Assembly: GCA_964016885.1 (NCBI GenBank)
Contig: OZ024747.1
Span: forward strand, 20,832,001 to 20,896,000
Length of the DNA stretch: 64,000 nucleotides
From: Eledone cirrhosa
Lineage: Eukaryota
Direction of reading: 5' to 3'
Below, piece by piece: positions 1 through 14,200 of the stretch (its first letter is position 1; each line of letters opens with the position of its first letter). The notes beneath the pieces were generated by a model. It saw nothing but the letters and a program-made list of their open reading frames with translations. It had not been told where the DNA came from and made no database searches. Made by a program: the position numbers and the translations under genes.

Positions 1-96
1 AACTAGATTAAAATCATTCTCTATTTGACAGGAAATAATTGGCTTTTGTTGTTTTGGTTATTATTAGTTTTGTTATTATTATTATCATCATTACGA

Positions 97-816
97 GGGG
101 CGGTGGATTGACAGTATCGGTAGAGGGGCGGACGCCATGCTTTGACGCATAGAGTTACGGCCCTTGCCATTCTGAGTTCAAATCCCGCTGAGGTTAACTT
201 TGCCTTTCATCCTTACGGGATCGATAAAATAAAGTACCAGTAATGCACTGGGTAATTGCTGGCCTTATGCCAAAAGTAGAAACAATTATTATCATCATTA
301 CGGCGGTGGATTGGCAGTATCGGTAGAGCATCGAACGCCATGCTTTTCAGCATAGAGTTATGTCCCTTTATGATCTGAGTTCAAATCTCGCCGAGGTTAA
401 CTTTGCTTTTCATCCTTACGGGGTCTATAAAATATAGTACCAGTCACGCACTGGGGTCGATTTAATCGATTTACCCCTCCCTCAAAATTGTTGGTCTTGT
501 GCCTATATAAGAAGCCATTATTATCATCATTAGGACGGAGGATTGGCAGTATCGGTAGAGCGTATGACATCCTGCACCACAGCATCGAGTTACGGCCCTT
601 TGGGTTCTGATTTCAAATCTTGCCGAGGTTAGCTTTGCCTTTCATTCTTACGGGGTCAATAAAGTAACAGTAATGCACTGGCCTCGATTTAATCAACTTT
701 CCCCCCTCCCAAAATTGATGACCTTGTATCTATCGTAGAAATGATTATTAAGGACGGTGGATTGGCAGTTTCAGTAGAGTATTGGACACTATGCTTCTAG
801 GTTCAAATCTTGCCGA
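97..816 (+). mobile_element. Head-to-tail chain of four tRNA-derived SINE copies (97-290, 302-525, 533-750, truncated 752-816)
   Basis: Each copy has an A-box-like TGGCAGTATCGG, a B-box GAGTTCAAATCC, the body GTTAACTTTGCCTTTCATCCTTACGGGGTCGATAAAATAAAGTACCAGT and an (ATT)n tail. The same family recurs many times in the window. Confidence 0.85.
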
Positions 817-1760
817 TAGCTGGGCCTATTGTTATGATCCAGAGACCAAGAGACAGAGTGCCTAGTGGAAACATTCTGATTCACCCAGACCCAAAATGGC
901 CAGGCAAAGCAGGTCCACTGGGAAGTTCATGATGATCCCATTCTTCGACAGCAAGGGCATCATCTACATCCACTGGGTCTCCCACGACGAGACAGTCAAC
1001 AAAGCGTACTATGTAGAGGTTTTGAGGCAGTTGAGAAAGAGATTTCGTCACAAGTCTGGTGACACTAGAATAATGCCCTCTACCATAAATCCATATTGGT
1101 GACCAAGTACCTGGCCGATATGGGGATCAGGACTGTACCTTTGAGGATGAAGGAGGCTGTGACAAATGCCTTGATCCCCTTCCCTTTGGAGGACTACAAG
1201 GAGGTCTTCCAGAAGGGGTTGGTAAGCTACAACAAGTGCATTAAAGTTGGAGGACGCTACTGTGACAAATGCCCTGATCCCCTTCCCTTTGGAGGACTAC
1301 AAGGAGGTCTTCCAGAAGGGGTTGGTAAGCTACAACAAGTGCATTAAAGTTGGAGGACGCTACTGTGACAAATGCCCTGATCCCCTTCCCTTTGGAGGAC
1401 TACAAGGAGGTCTTCCAGAAGGGGTTGGTAAGCTACAACAAGTGCATTAAAGTTGGAGGACGCTACTGTGACAAATGCCCTGATCCCCTTCCCTTTGGAG
1501 GACTACAAGGAGGTCTTCCAGAAGGGGTTGGTAAGCTACAACAAGTGCATTAAAGTTGGAGGACCCTACTGTGACAAATGCCCTGATCCCCTTCCCTTTG
1601 GAGGAATACAAGGAGGTCTTCCAGAAGGGGTTGGTAAGCTACAACAAGTGCATTAAAGTTGGAGGACCCTACTTTGAGGGAGATTAGAGTTCTGTGTTGA
1701 TCTTTGCTAATTAAATATCTCTATGATAAAAGTCTCAAAACCTCTTGAGTGTACCTCGTA
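817..1760 (+). mobile_element. Mariner transposon 3' remnant (disrupted transposase plus right TIR)
   Basis: Translates SWAYCYDPETKRQSA*WKHSDSPRPK..FFDSKGIIYIHWV..TVNKAYYVEVLRQLR and ends KCIKVGGPYFEGD*, which are mariner catalytic-domain motifs. The terminus ..GTACCTCG-TA at 1751-1760 is a mariner-type TIR end with TA. Confidence 0.85.
1157..1672 (+). repeat. Five near-identical 103-bp tandem copies of the transposase C-terminal coding segment
   Basis: CTGTGACAAATGCC recurs at 1157, 1260, 1363, 1466 and 1569. Confidence 0.95.
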
Positions 1761-2237
1761 CTTGGGTCAATTTATCTATTTTCCCCTACAAACAAATTAC
1801 TAGCCTAATTGCCTAAAGTAAACATCATTCCTTGTCCAGTTTGAATAAGACGTGATTCGTTTTGCTATCAGTATTGTGGACGTTTTTCACGAGGTGAAAT
1901 TACATTGAAAATATATTTTTTGTTATGTGTGCCATCAACACAAAGATAGATAATAAATTTCTAATGCTGCTGTTTTTCGTTTGCAGAAAAAGGCATAAAT
2001 TTGCGAAGGAAACTATGTTCTCCCACTCGTAAAAGAAACTGATGGCTGCCTCATGCAGAAACGCTTACAATCTTTCAAACGACAAAAAAAACAACACATA
2101 TTTACGGAAAGTAAACAAGAATAAAATACAAGTTCTTAATAAATCACATGTACAGCGCCCCCACCAGTAAAGGTATAGTTTTATGGAAAAAAATAACAAA
2201 AATAGTTTGAGCAACTTTAACAAGACTAGCGATAAAA

Positions 2238-5200
2238 AGAGTAGCAAGAGTAGCAAGAGTAGCAAGAGTAGCAAGAGTAGCAAGAGTAGCAAGAGTAGCA
2301 AGAGTAGCAATAACAGCAACAGTAGCAACAGTAGCAACAGTAGCAACAGCAGCAATAACAGCAACAGTAGCAACAGTAGCAACAGTAGCAACAGCAGCAA
2401 CAGTAGCAACAGTAGCAACAGCAGCAACAGTAGCAACAGTAGCAACAGTAGCAACAGTAGCAACAGTAGCAACAGCAGCAACTGTAGCAACAGTAGCAAC
2501 AGTAGCAACAGTAGCAACAGCAGCAACAGCAGCAATAACAGCAACAGTAGCAACAGTAGCAACAGTAGCAACAGTAGCAACAGGAGCAACAGCAGCAACA
2601 GTAGCAACAACAGCAACAACAGCAACAGTAGCAACAGTAGCAACAACAGCAACAATAGCAGCAGTAGCAACAGTAGCAACAGTAGCAACAGTAGCAACAG
2701 TAGCAACAGTAGCAACAGCAGCAACAGTAGCAACAGTAGCAACAGTAGCAACAACAGCAACAAGAGCAACAGTAGCAACAGTAGAAACAGTAGCAACAGT
2801 AGCAACAGTAGCAACAGTAGCAACAGTAGCAACAGTAGCAACAGTAGCAACAGCAGCAACAGTAGCAACAGTAGCAACAGTAGCAACAGTAGCAACAACA
2901 GCAACAGTAGCAACAGCAGCAACAACAGCAACAACAGTAACAGTAGCAACAGTAGCAACAGTAGCAACAGTAGCAACAGTAGCAACAGTAGCAACAACAG
3001 CAACAGTAGCAACAGCAGCAACAGCAGCAATAACAGCAACAGTAGCAACAGTAGCAACAGTAGCAACAGTAGCAACAGTAGCAACAGCAGCAACAGCAGC
3101 AACAGTAGCAACAGTAGCAACAACAGCAACAACAGCAACAGTAGCAACAGTAGCAACAGTAGCAACAGTAGCAACAGTAGCAACAGTAGCAACAGTAGCA
3201 ACAGCAGCAACAGTAGCAACAGTAGCAACAGTAGCAACAGTAGCAACAACAGCAACAGTAGCAACAGCAGCAACAACAGCAACAGTAGCAACAGTAGCAA
3301 CAGTAGCAATAGTAGCAACAGTAGCAACAGTAGCAACAACAGCAACAGTAGCAACAGCAGCAACAGCAGCAATAACAGCAACAGTAGCAACAACAGCAAC
3401 AGTAGCAACAGTAGCAACAGTAGCAACAACAGCAACAGTAGCAACAGTAGCAACAGCAGCAATAACAGCAACAGTAGCAACAGTAGCAACAGTAGCAACA
3501 GTAGCAACAGTAGCAACAGTAACAATAGTAGCAACAGTAGCAACAGTAGCAACAGTAGCAACAGTAGCAACAGTAGCAACGACAGCAACAGTAGCAACAG
3601 TAGCAACAGCAGCAATAACAGCAACAGTAGCAACAGTAGCAACAGTAGCAACAGCAGCAACAGCAGCAACAGTAGCAACAGCAGCAACAGGAGCAACAAC
3701 AGCAACAGCAACAACAGTAGCAACAGTAGGAACAGCAGCAACAGTAGCAACAGTAGCAACAGTAGCAACAGTAGCAACAGTAGCAACAACAGCAACAGTA
3801 GCAACAGTAGCAACAGTAGCAACACTAGCAACAGTAGCAACAGTAGCAACAACAGCAACAGTAGCAACAGTAGCAACAGTAGCAACAGTAGCAACAACAG
3901 CAACAGTAGCAACAGTAGCAACAGTAGCAACAGCAACAGTAGCAACAGCAGCAACAGTAGCAACAGTAGCAACAGTAGCAACAACAGCAACAGTAGCAAC
4001 AGTAGCAACAGTAGCAACAGTAGCAACAGTAGCAACAACAGCAACAGTAGCAACAGTAGCAACAGTAGCAACAACAGCAACAGTAGCAACAGTAGCAACA
4101 GTAGCAACAGCAACAGTAGCAACAACAGCAACAGTAGCAACAGTAGCAACAGCAGCAACAGTAGCAACAGTAGCAACAGTAGCAACAGGAGCAACAGCAA
4201 CAACAGCAACAGTAGCAACAGTAGCAACAGCAGCAACAGTAGCAACAGTAGCAACAGTAGCAACAACAGCAACAGTAGCAACAGTAGCAACAGTAGCAAC
4301 AGTAGCAACAGTAGCAACAGTAGCAACAGTAGCAACAGTAGCAACAGCAGCAACAACAGCAACAGTAGCAACAGTAGCAACAGTAGCAACAGTAGCAACA
4401 GTAGCAACAGTAGCGACAGCAGCAACAATAGCAACAGTAGCAACAGCAGCAACAGTAGCAACAGTAGCAACAGTAGCAACAGTAGCAACAGTAGCAACAG
4501 TAGCAACGGTAGCAACAGTAGCAACAACAGCAACAGTAGCAACAGTAGCAACAGTAGCAACAGTAGCAACAGTAGCAACAGTAGCAACAGTAGCAACAAC
4601 AGCAACAGTAGCAACAGTAGCAACAGCAGCAACAGTAGCAACAGTAGCAACAACAGCAACAGTAGCAACAGTAGCAACAGTAGCAACAGTAGCAACAGTA
4701 GCTACAACAGCAACAGCAGCAACAGTAGCAACAGTAGCAACAGTAGCAACAGTAGCAACAGTAGCAACAGCAGCAACAGCAGCAACAGTAGCAACAGGAG
4801 CAACAACAGCAACAGTAGCAACAACAGCAACAGCAGCAACAGTAGCAACAGTAGCAACAGTAGCAACAGTAGCAACAGTAGCAACGGTAGCAACAGTAGC
4901 AACAACAGCAACACTAGCAACAGTAGCAACAGTAGCAACAGTAGCAACAGTAGCAACAGTAGCAACAGTAGCAACAACAGCAACAGTAGCAACAGTAGCA
5001 ACAGCAGCAACAGTAGCAACAGTAGCAACAACAGCAACAGTAGCAACAGTAGCAACAGTAGCAACAGTAGCAACAGTAGCTACAACAGCAACAGCAGCAA
5101 CAGTAGCAACAGTAGCAACAGTAGCAACAGTAGCAACAGTAGCAACAGCAGCAACAGCAGCAACAGTAGCAACAGGAGCAACAACAGCAACAGTAGCAAC

Positions 5201-8200
5201 AACAGCAACAGTAGCAACAGTAGCAACAGTAGCAACAGTAGCAACAGTAGCAACAACAGCAACAGTAACAACAACAGCAACAGTAGCAAGAGTAGCAACA
5301 GTAGCAACAGTAGCAACAGTAGCAACAGCAGCAACAGTAGCAACAACAGCAACAGTAGCAAAAGTAGCAACAGTAGCAACAGTAGCAACAGTAGCAACAG
5401 TAGCAACAGTAGCAACAGTAGCAACAGTAGCAACAGTAGCAACAGTAGCAACAGTAGCAACAGTAGCAACAGTAGCAACAGTAGCAACAGTAGCAACAGT
5501 AGCAACAGTAGCAACAGTAGCAACAGTAGCAACAGTAGCAACAGTAGCAACAACAGCAACAGTAGCAACAGTAGCAACAGTAGCAACAGTAGCAACAGTA
5601 GCAACAGTGGCAACAGCAGCAATAACAGCAGCAGTAGCAACAGTAGCAACAGTAGCAACAGTAGCAACAGTAGCAACAGTAGCAACAGCAGCAATAACAG
5701 CAACAGTAGCAACAGGAGCAACAACAGCAACAGTTGCAGCAGTAGCAACAGTAGCAACAGCAGCAACATTAACAACAGTAGCAACAGTAGCAACAACAGC
5801 AAAAGTAGCAACAGTAGCAACAGCAGCAACAGTAGCAACAGTAGCAACAACAGCAACAGTAGCAACAGTAGCAACAGTAGCAACAGTAGCAACAGTAGCA
5901 ACAGTAGTTACAACAGCAACAGCAGCAACAGTAGCAACAGCAGCAACAGTAGCAACAGTAGCAACAACAGCAACAGTAGCAACAGTAGCAACAGTAGCAA
6001 CAGTAGCAACAGTAGCAACAGTAGCTACAACAGCAACAGCAGCAACAGTAGCAACAGTAGCAACAGTAGCAACAGTAGCAACAGTAGCAACAGTAGCAAC
6101 AGTAGCAACAGGAGCAACAACAGCAACAGTAGCAACAGTAGCAAGAGTAGCAGCAGGAGCAACAACAGCAACAGTAGCAACAGTAGCAACAGTAGCAATA
6201 ACAGCAACAGTAGCAACAGTAGCAACAGCAGCAATAACAGCAACAGTAGCAACAGTAGCAACAGTAGCAACAGTAGCAACAGTAGCAACAGCAGCAATAA
6301 CAGCAACAGTAGCAACAGGAGCAACAACAGCAACAGTAGCAACAGTAGCAACAGTAGCAACAGCAGCAATAACAGCAACAGTAGCAACAGTAGCAACAGT
6401 AGCAACAGTAGCAACAGTAGCAACAGTAGCAACAGGAGCAACAGCAGAAACAGTAGCAACCACAGCAACTGGAGCAACAGTAGCAACAGCAGCAATAACA
6501 GCAACAGTACCAACAGTAGCAACAGTAGCAACAGTAGCAACAGGAGCAACAGGAGCAACAGCAGCAACAGTAGCAACAACAACAACAGTAGCAACAGCAG
6601 CAACAGCAGCAACAGTAGCAGCAACAACAACAACAGTAGCAACAGCAGCAACAGCAGCAACAGTAGCAACAACAGCAACAACAGCAACAGCAGCAACAGT
6701 AGCAACAGTAGAAACAGTAGCAACAGCAGCAACAGTAGCAACAGTAGCAACAGTAGCAACAGTAGCAACAGTACCAACAGTAGCAACAGCAGCAACAACA
6801 GCAACAGCAGCAACAGTAGCAACAGTAGCAACAGCAGCAACAACAGCAACAGTAGCAACAACAGCAACAGTAGCAACAGTAGCAACAGCAGCAACATTAA
6901 CAACAGTAGCAACAGTAGCAACAGCAGCAACAGTAGCAACAGTAGCAACAACAGCAACAGCAGCAACAACAGCAACAGTAGCAACAGTAGCAACAGTAGC
7001 AACAGTAGCAACAGTAGCAACAGTAGCAACAACAGCAACAGCAGCAACAACAGCAACAGTAGCAACAGTAGCAACAGTAGCAACAGCAGTAACAGTAGCA
7101 ACAGTAGCAACAGTAGCAACAGTAGCAACAGTAGCAACAGTAGCAACAGTAGCAACAGGAGCAACAACAGCAACAGCAGCAACAACAGCAACAGTAGCAA
7201 CAGTAGCAACAGTAGCAACAGTAGCAACAGTAGCAACAGTAGCAACCGCAGCAACAACAGCAACAGTAGCAACAGCAGCAACAGTAGCAACAGCAGCAAC
7301 GAAAGCAACAGCGGCAACAAAAGCAACAGTAGCAACAGTAGCAACAGTAGCAACAGTAGCAACAACAACAACAGTAGCATCAGCAGCAACAGCAGCAACA
7401 GTAGCAACAACAACAACAGTAGCAACAGCAGCAACAGCAGCAACAGTAGCAACAACAGCAACAACAGCAACAGCAGCAACAGTAGCAACAGTAGCAACAG
7501 TAGCAACAGCAGCAACAGTAGCAACAGTAGCAACAGTAGCAACAGTAGCAACAGTACCAACATTAGCAACAGCAGCAACAACAGCAACAGCAGCAACAGT
7601 AGCAACAGTAGCAACAGCAGCAACAACAGCAACAGTAGCAACAACAGCAACAGTAGCAACAGTACCAACAGCAGCAACAGAAGCAACAGGAGCAACAGTA
7701 GCAACAGTAGCAACAGCAGCAAAAACAGCAACATTACCAACAGTAGCAACAGAAGCAACAGTAGCAACAGTAGCAACAACAGCAACAGTAGCAACAGTAG
7801 CAACAGTAGCAACAGTAGCAACAGCAGCAATAACAGCAACAGTAGCAACAGCAGCAACAGTACCAGCAGCAGCAACAGAAGCAACAGTAGCAACAGTAGC
7901 AACAACAGCAACAGTAGCAACAGTAGCAACAGTAGCAACAGTAGCAACAGCAGCAACAACAGCAACAGTACCAACAGCAGTAACAGAAGCAACAGGAGCA
8001 ACAGTAGCAACAACAGCAACAGTAGCAACAGCAACAACAGTAGCAACAGTAGCAACAACAGCAACAGTAGCAACAGTAGCAACAGTAGCAACAACAGCAA
8101 CAGCAACAGTAGCAACAGTAGCAACAGTAGCAACAGAAGCAACAGGAGCAACAGCAGCAACAGTAGCAACAGTAGCAACAGTAGCAACAGTAGCAACAAC

Positions 8201-11200
8201 AGCAACAGTAGCAACAGTAGCAACAGTAGCAACAACAGCAACAGCAACAGTAGCAACAGTAGCAACAGTAGCAACAGAAGCAACAGTAGCAACAGTAGCA
8301 ACAGTAGCAACAGAAGCAACAGGAGCAACAGTAGCAACAGTAGCAACAACAGCAACAGTAGCAACAACAGCAACAGCAACAGTAGCAACAGTAGCAACAA
8401 CAGCAACAGCAACAGTAGCAACAGTAGCAACAGTAGCAACAGAAGCAACAGGAGCAACAGTAGCAACAGCAGCAACAAGAGCAACAGTAGCAACAGTAGG
8501 AACAACAGCAACAGCAGCAACAGTAGCAACAGCAGCAACATCAGCAACAGAAGCAACAGTAGCAACAGCAGCAACAGTAGCAAAAACAGCAACAGTAGCA
8601 ACAGTAGCAACAGTAGCAACAGTAGCAACAGTAGCAACAGTCGCAACAACAGCAAAAACAGCAACAGTACCAACAGCAGCAACAGAAGCAACAGGAGCAA
8701 CAGTAGCAACAGTAGCAACAGCAGCAAAAACAGCAACAGTAGCAACAGAAGCAACATTAGCAACAGTAGCAACAACAGCAACAGTAGCAACAGTAGCAAC
8801 AGTAGCAACAGTAGCAACAGCAGCAATAACAGCAACAGTAGCAACAGCAGCAACAGTACCAGCAGCAGCAACAGAAGCAACAGTAGCAACAGTAGCAACA
8901 ACAGCAACAGTAGCAACAGTAGCAACAGTAGCAACAGCAGCAACAACAGCAACAGTACCAACAGCAGCAACAGAAGCAACAGGAGCAACAGTAGCAACAA
9001 CAACAACAGTAGCAACAGCAACAACAGTAGCAACAGTAGCAACAGCAGCAACAAAAGCAACAACAGCAACAGTAGAAACAGCAGCAATAACAGCAACAGC
9101 AGCAACATTAGCAACAGTAGCAATAACAGCAACAGTAGCAACAGCAGCAACAGCAGCAACAGTAGCAGGAGTAGCAACAGTAGTAATAGTAGCAACAGTA
9201 ACAACAACAGCCACAGCAGCAACAGCAGCAACAAAAGCAACAGCAGCAACAAAAGCAACAGTAGCAACAGTAGCAATAGTAGCAACAGTAGCAACAGCAG
9301 CAACAGCAGCAACAGCAGCAACAACAGCAACAGTAGCAACAGTAGCAACAACAGCAACAGTAGCCACAACAGCCACAACAGCATCAGTAGCAACAGTAGC
9401 AACAACAGCAACACCAGCAACAGTAGCAACAGTAGCAACAGCTGCAACAGTAGCAACAGCAGCAATAACAGCAACAGTAGCAACAGTAGCAACAGTAGCA
9501 ACAGTAGCAACAGTAGCAACAGTAGCAACAGTACCAACAGCAGCAACAGTAGCAACAGTACCAACAGTAGCAACAGTAGCAACAGTAGCAACAGTAGCAA
9601 CAGTAGCAACAGGAGCAACAACAGCAACAGCAGCAACAACAGCAACAGTAGCAACAGTAGCAACAGTAGCAACAGTAGCAACAGTAGCAACAGTAGCAAC
9701 CGCAGCAACAACAGCAACAGTAGCAACAGCAGCAACAGTAGCAACAGCAGCAACGAAAGCAACAGCGGCAACAAAAGCAACAGTAGCAACAGTAGCAACA
9801 GTAGCAACAGTAGCAACAACAACAACAGTAGCATCAGCAGCAACAGCAGCAACAGTAGCAACAACAACAACAGTAGCAACAGCAGCAACAGCAGCAACAG
9901 TAGCAACAACAGCAACAACAGCAACAGCAGCAACAGTAGCAACAGTAGCAACAGTAGCAACAGCAGCAACAGTAGCAACAGTAGCAACAGTAGCAACAGT
10001 AGCAACAGTACCAACAGTAGCAACAGCAGCAACAACAGCAACAGCAGCAACAGTAGCAACAGTAGCAACAGCAGCAACAACAGCAACAGTAGCAACAACA
10101 GCAACAGTAGCAACAGTACCAACAGCAGCAACAGAAGCAACAGGAGCAACAGTAGCAACAGTAGCAACAGCAGCAAAAACAGCAACATTACCAACAGTAG
10201 CAACAGAAGCAACAGTAGCAACAGTAGCAACAACAGCAACAGTAGCAACAGTAGCAACAGTAGCAACAGTAGCAACAGCAGCAATAACAGCAACAGTAGC
10301 AACAGCAGCAACAGTACCAGCAGCAGCAACAGAAGCAACAGTAGCAACAGTAGCAACAACAGCAACAGTAGCAACAGTAGCAACAGTAGCAACAGTAGCA
10401 ACAGCAGCAACAACAGCAACAGTACCAACAGCAGTAACAGAAGCAACAGGAGCAACAGTAGCAACAACAGCAACAGTAGCAACAGCAACAACAGTAGCAA
10501 CAGTAGCAACAACAGCAACAGTAGCAACAGTAGCAACAGTAGCAACAACAGCAACAGCAACAGTAGCAACAGTAGCAACAGTAGCAACAGAAGCAACAGG
10601 AGCAACAGCAGCAACAGTAGCAACAGTAGCAACAGTAGCAACAGTAGCAACAACAGCAACAGTAGCAACAGTAGCAACAGTAGCAACAGTAGCAACAACA
10701 GCAACAGTAGCAACAGTAGCAACAGTAGCAACAGTAGCAACAGTAGCAACAGTAGCAACAGTAGCAACAGTAGCAACAACAGCAACAGTAGCAACAGTAG
10801 CAACAGTAGCAACAGTAGCAACAGTAGCAACAGTGGCAACAGCAGCAATAACAGCAGCAGTAGCAACAGTAGCAACAGTAGCAACAGTAGCAACAGTAGC
10901 AACAGTAGCAACAGCAGCAATAACAGCAACAGTAGCAACAGGAGCAACAACAGCAACAGTTGCAGCAGTAGCAACAGTAGCAACAGCAGCAACATTAACA
11001 ACAGTAGCAACAGTAGCAACAACAGCAAAAGTAGCAACAGTAGCAACAGCAGCAACAGTAGCAACAGTAGCAACAACAGCAACAGTAGCAACAGTAGCAA
11101 CAGTAGCAACAGTAGCAACAGTAGCAACAGTAGTTACAACAGCAACAGCAGCAACAGTAGCAACAGCAGCAACAGTAGCAACAGTAGCAACAACAGCAAC

Positions 11201-14200
11201 AGTAGCAACAGTAGCAACAGTAGCAACAGTAGCAACAGTAGCAACAGTAGCTACAACAGCAACAGCAGCAGCAGTAGCAACAGTAGCAACAGTAGCAACA
11301 GTAGCAACAGTAGCAACAGTAGCAACAGTAGCAACAGGAGCAACAACAGCAACAGTAGCAACAGTAGCAAGAGTAGCAGCAGGAGCAACAACAGCAACAG
11401 TAGCAACAGTAGCAACAGTAGCAATAACAGCAACAGTAGCAACAGTAGCAACAGCAGCAATAACAGCAACAGTAGCAACAGTAGCAACAGTAGCAACAGT
11501 AGCAACAGTAGCAACAGCAGCAATAACAGCAACAGTAGCAACAGGAGCAACAACAGCAACAGTAGCAACAGTAGCAACAGTAGCAACAGCAGCAATAACA
11601 GCAACAGTAGCAACAGTAGCAACAGTAGCAACAGTAGCAACAGTAGCAACAGGAGCAACAGCAGAAACAGTAGCAACCACAGCAACTGGAGCAACAGTAG
11701 CAACAGCAGCAATAACAGCAACAGTACCAACAGTAGCAACAGTAGCAACAGTAGCAACAGGAGCAACAGGAGCAACAGCAGCAACAGTAGCAACAACAAC
11801 AACAGTAGCAACAGCAGCAACAGCAGCAACAGTAGCAGCAACAACAACAACAGTAGCAACAGCAGCAACAGCAGCAACAGTAGCAACAACAGCAACAACA
11901 GCAACAGCAGCAACAGTAGCAACAGTAGAAACAGTAGCAACAGCAGCAACAGTAGCAACAGTAGCAACAGTAGCAACAGTAGCAACAGTACCAACAGTAG
12001 CAACAGCAGCAACAACAGCAACAGCAGCAACAGTAGCAACAGTAGCAACAGCAGCAACAACAGCAACAGTAGCAACAACAGCAACAGTAGTAACAGTAGC
12101 AACAGCAGCAACATTAACAACAGTAGCAACAGTAGCAACAGCAGCAACAGTAGCAACAGTAGCAACAACAGCAACAGCAGCAACAACAGCAACAGTAGCA
12201 ACAGTAGCAACAGTAGCAACAGTAGCAACAGTAGCAACAGTAGCAACAACAGCAACAGCAGCAACAACAGCAACAGTAGCAACAGTAGCAACAGTAGCAA
12301 CAGCAGTAACAGTAGCAACAGTAGCAACAGTAGCAACAGTAGCAACAGTAGCAACAGTAGCAACAGTAGCAACAGGAGCAACAACAGCAACAGCAGCAAC
12401 AACAGCAACAGTAGCAACAGTAGCAACAGTAGCAACAGTAGCAACAGTAGCAACAGTAGCAACCGCAGCAACAACAGCAACAGTAGCAACAGCAGCAACA
12501 GTAGCAACAGCAGCAACGAAAGCAACAGCGGCAACAAAAGCAACAGTAGCAACAGTAGCAACAGTAGCAACAGTAGCAACAACAACAACAGTAGCATCAG
12601 CAGCAACAGCAGCAACAGTAGCAACAACAACAACAGTAGCAACAGCAGCAACAGCAGCAACAGTAGCAACAACAGCAACAACAGCAACAGCAGCAACAGT
12701 AGCAACAGTAGCAACAGTAGCAACAGCAGCAACAGTAGCAACAGTAGCAACAGTAGCAACAGTAGCAACAGTACCAACAGTAGCAACAGCAGCAACAACA
12801 GCAACAGCAGCAACAGTAGCAACAGTAGCAACAGCAGCAACAACAGCAACAGTAGCAACAACAGCAACAGTAGCAACAGTACCAACAGCAGCAACAGAAG
12901 CAACAGGAGCAACAGTAGCAACAGTAGCAACAGCAGCAAAAACAGCAACATTACCAACAGTAGCAACAGAAGCAACAGTAGCAACAGTAGCAACAACAGC
13001 AACAGTAGCAACAGTAGCAACAGTAGCAACAGTAGCAACAGCAGCAATAACAGCAACAGTAGCAACAGCAGCAACAGTACCAGCAGCAGCAACAGAAGCA
13101 ACAGTAGCAACAGTAGCAACAACAGCAACAGTAGCAACAGTAGCAACAGTAGCAACAGTAGCAACAGCAGCAACAACAGCAACAGTACCAACAGCAGTAA
13201 CAGAAGCAACAGGAGCAACAGTAGCAACAACAGCAACAGTAGCAACAGCAACAACAGTAGCAACAGTAGCAACAACAGCAACAGTAGCAACAGTAGCAAC
13301 AGTAGCAACAACAGCAACAGCAACAGTAGCAACAGTAGCAACAGTAGCAACAGAAGCAACAGGAGCAACAGCAGCAACAGTAGCAACAGTAGCAACAGTA
13401 GCAACAGTAGCAACAACAGCAACAGTAGCAACAGTAGCAACAGTAGCAACAACAGCAACAGCAACAGTAGCAACAGTAGCAACAGTAGCAACAGAAGCAA
13501 CAGTAGCAACAGTAGCAACAGTAGCAACAGAAGCAACAGGAGCAACAGTAGCAACAGTAGCAACAACAGCAACAGTAGCAACAACAGCAACAGCAACAGT
13601 AGCAACAGTAGCAACAACAGCAACAGCAACAGTAGCAACAGTAGCAACAGTAGCAACAGAAGCAACAGGAGCAACAGTAGCAACAGCAGCAACAAGAGCA
13701 ACAGTAGCAACAGTAGGAACAACAGCAACAGCAGCAACAGTAGCAACAGCAGCAACATCAGCAACAGAAGCAACAGTAGCAACAGCAGCAACAGTAGCAA
13801 AAACAGCAACAGTAGCAACAGTAGCAACAGTAGCAACAGTAGCAACAGTAGCAACAGTCGCAACAACAGCAAAAACAGCAACAGTACCAACAGCAGCAAC
13901 AGAAGCAACAGGAGCAACAGTAGCAACAGTAGCAACAGCAGCAAAAACAGCAACAGTAGCAACAGAAGCAACATTAGCAACAGTAGCAACAACAGCAACA
14001 GTAGCAACAGTAGCAACAGTAGCAACAGTAGCAACAGCAGCAATAACAGCAACAGTAGCAACAGCAGCAACAGTACCAGCAGCAGCAACAGAAGCAACAG
14101 TAGCAACAGTAGCAACAACAGCAACAGTAGCAACAGTAGCAACAGTAGCAACAGCAGCAACAACAGCAACAGTACCAACAGCAGCAACAGAAGCAACAGG

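Noticed and set aside
1961-2182. Strong-looking splice acceptor (CTAAT..TTTTTCGTTTGCAG at 1986) as the start of a coding exon leading into the satellite ORF
   Set aside because: All three frames hit stops before the repeat (1996, 2030 and 2168, 2040). At most it is a UTR or short terminal exon, and it is unsupported.
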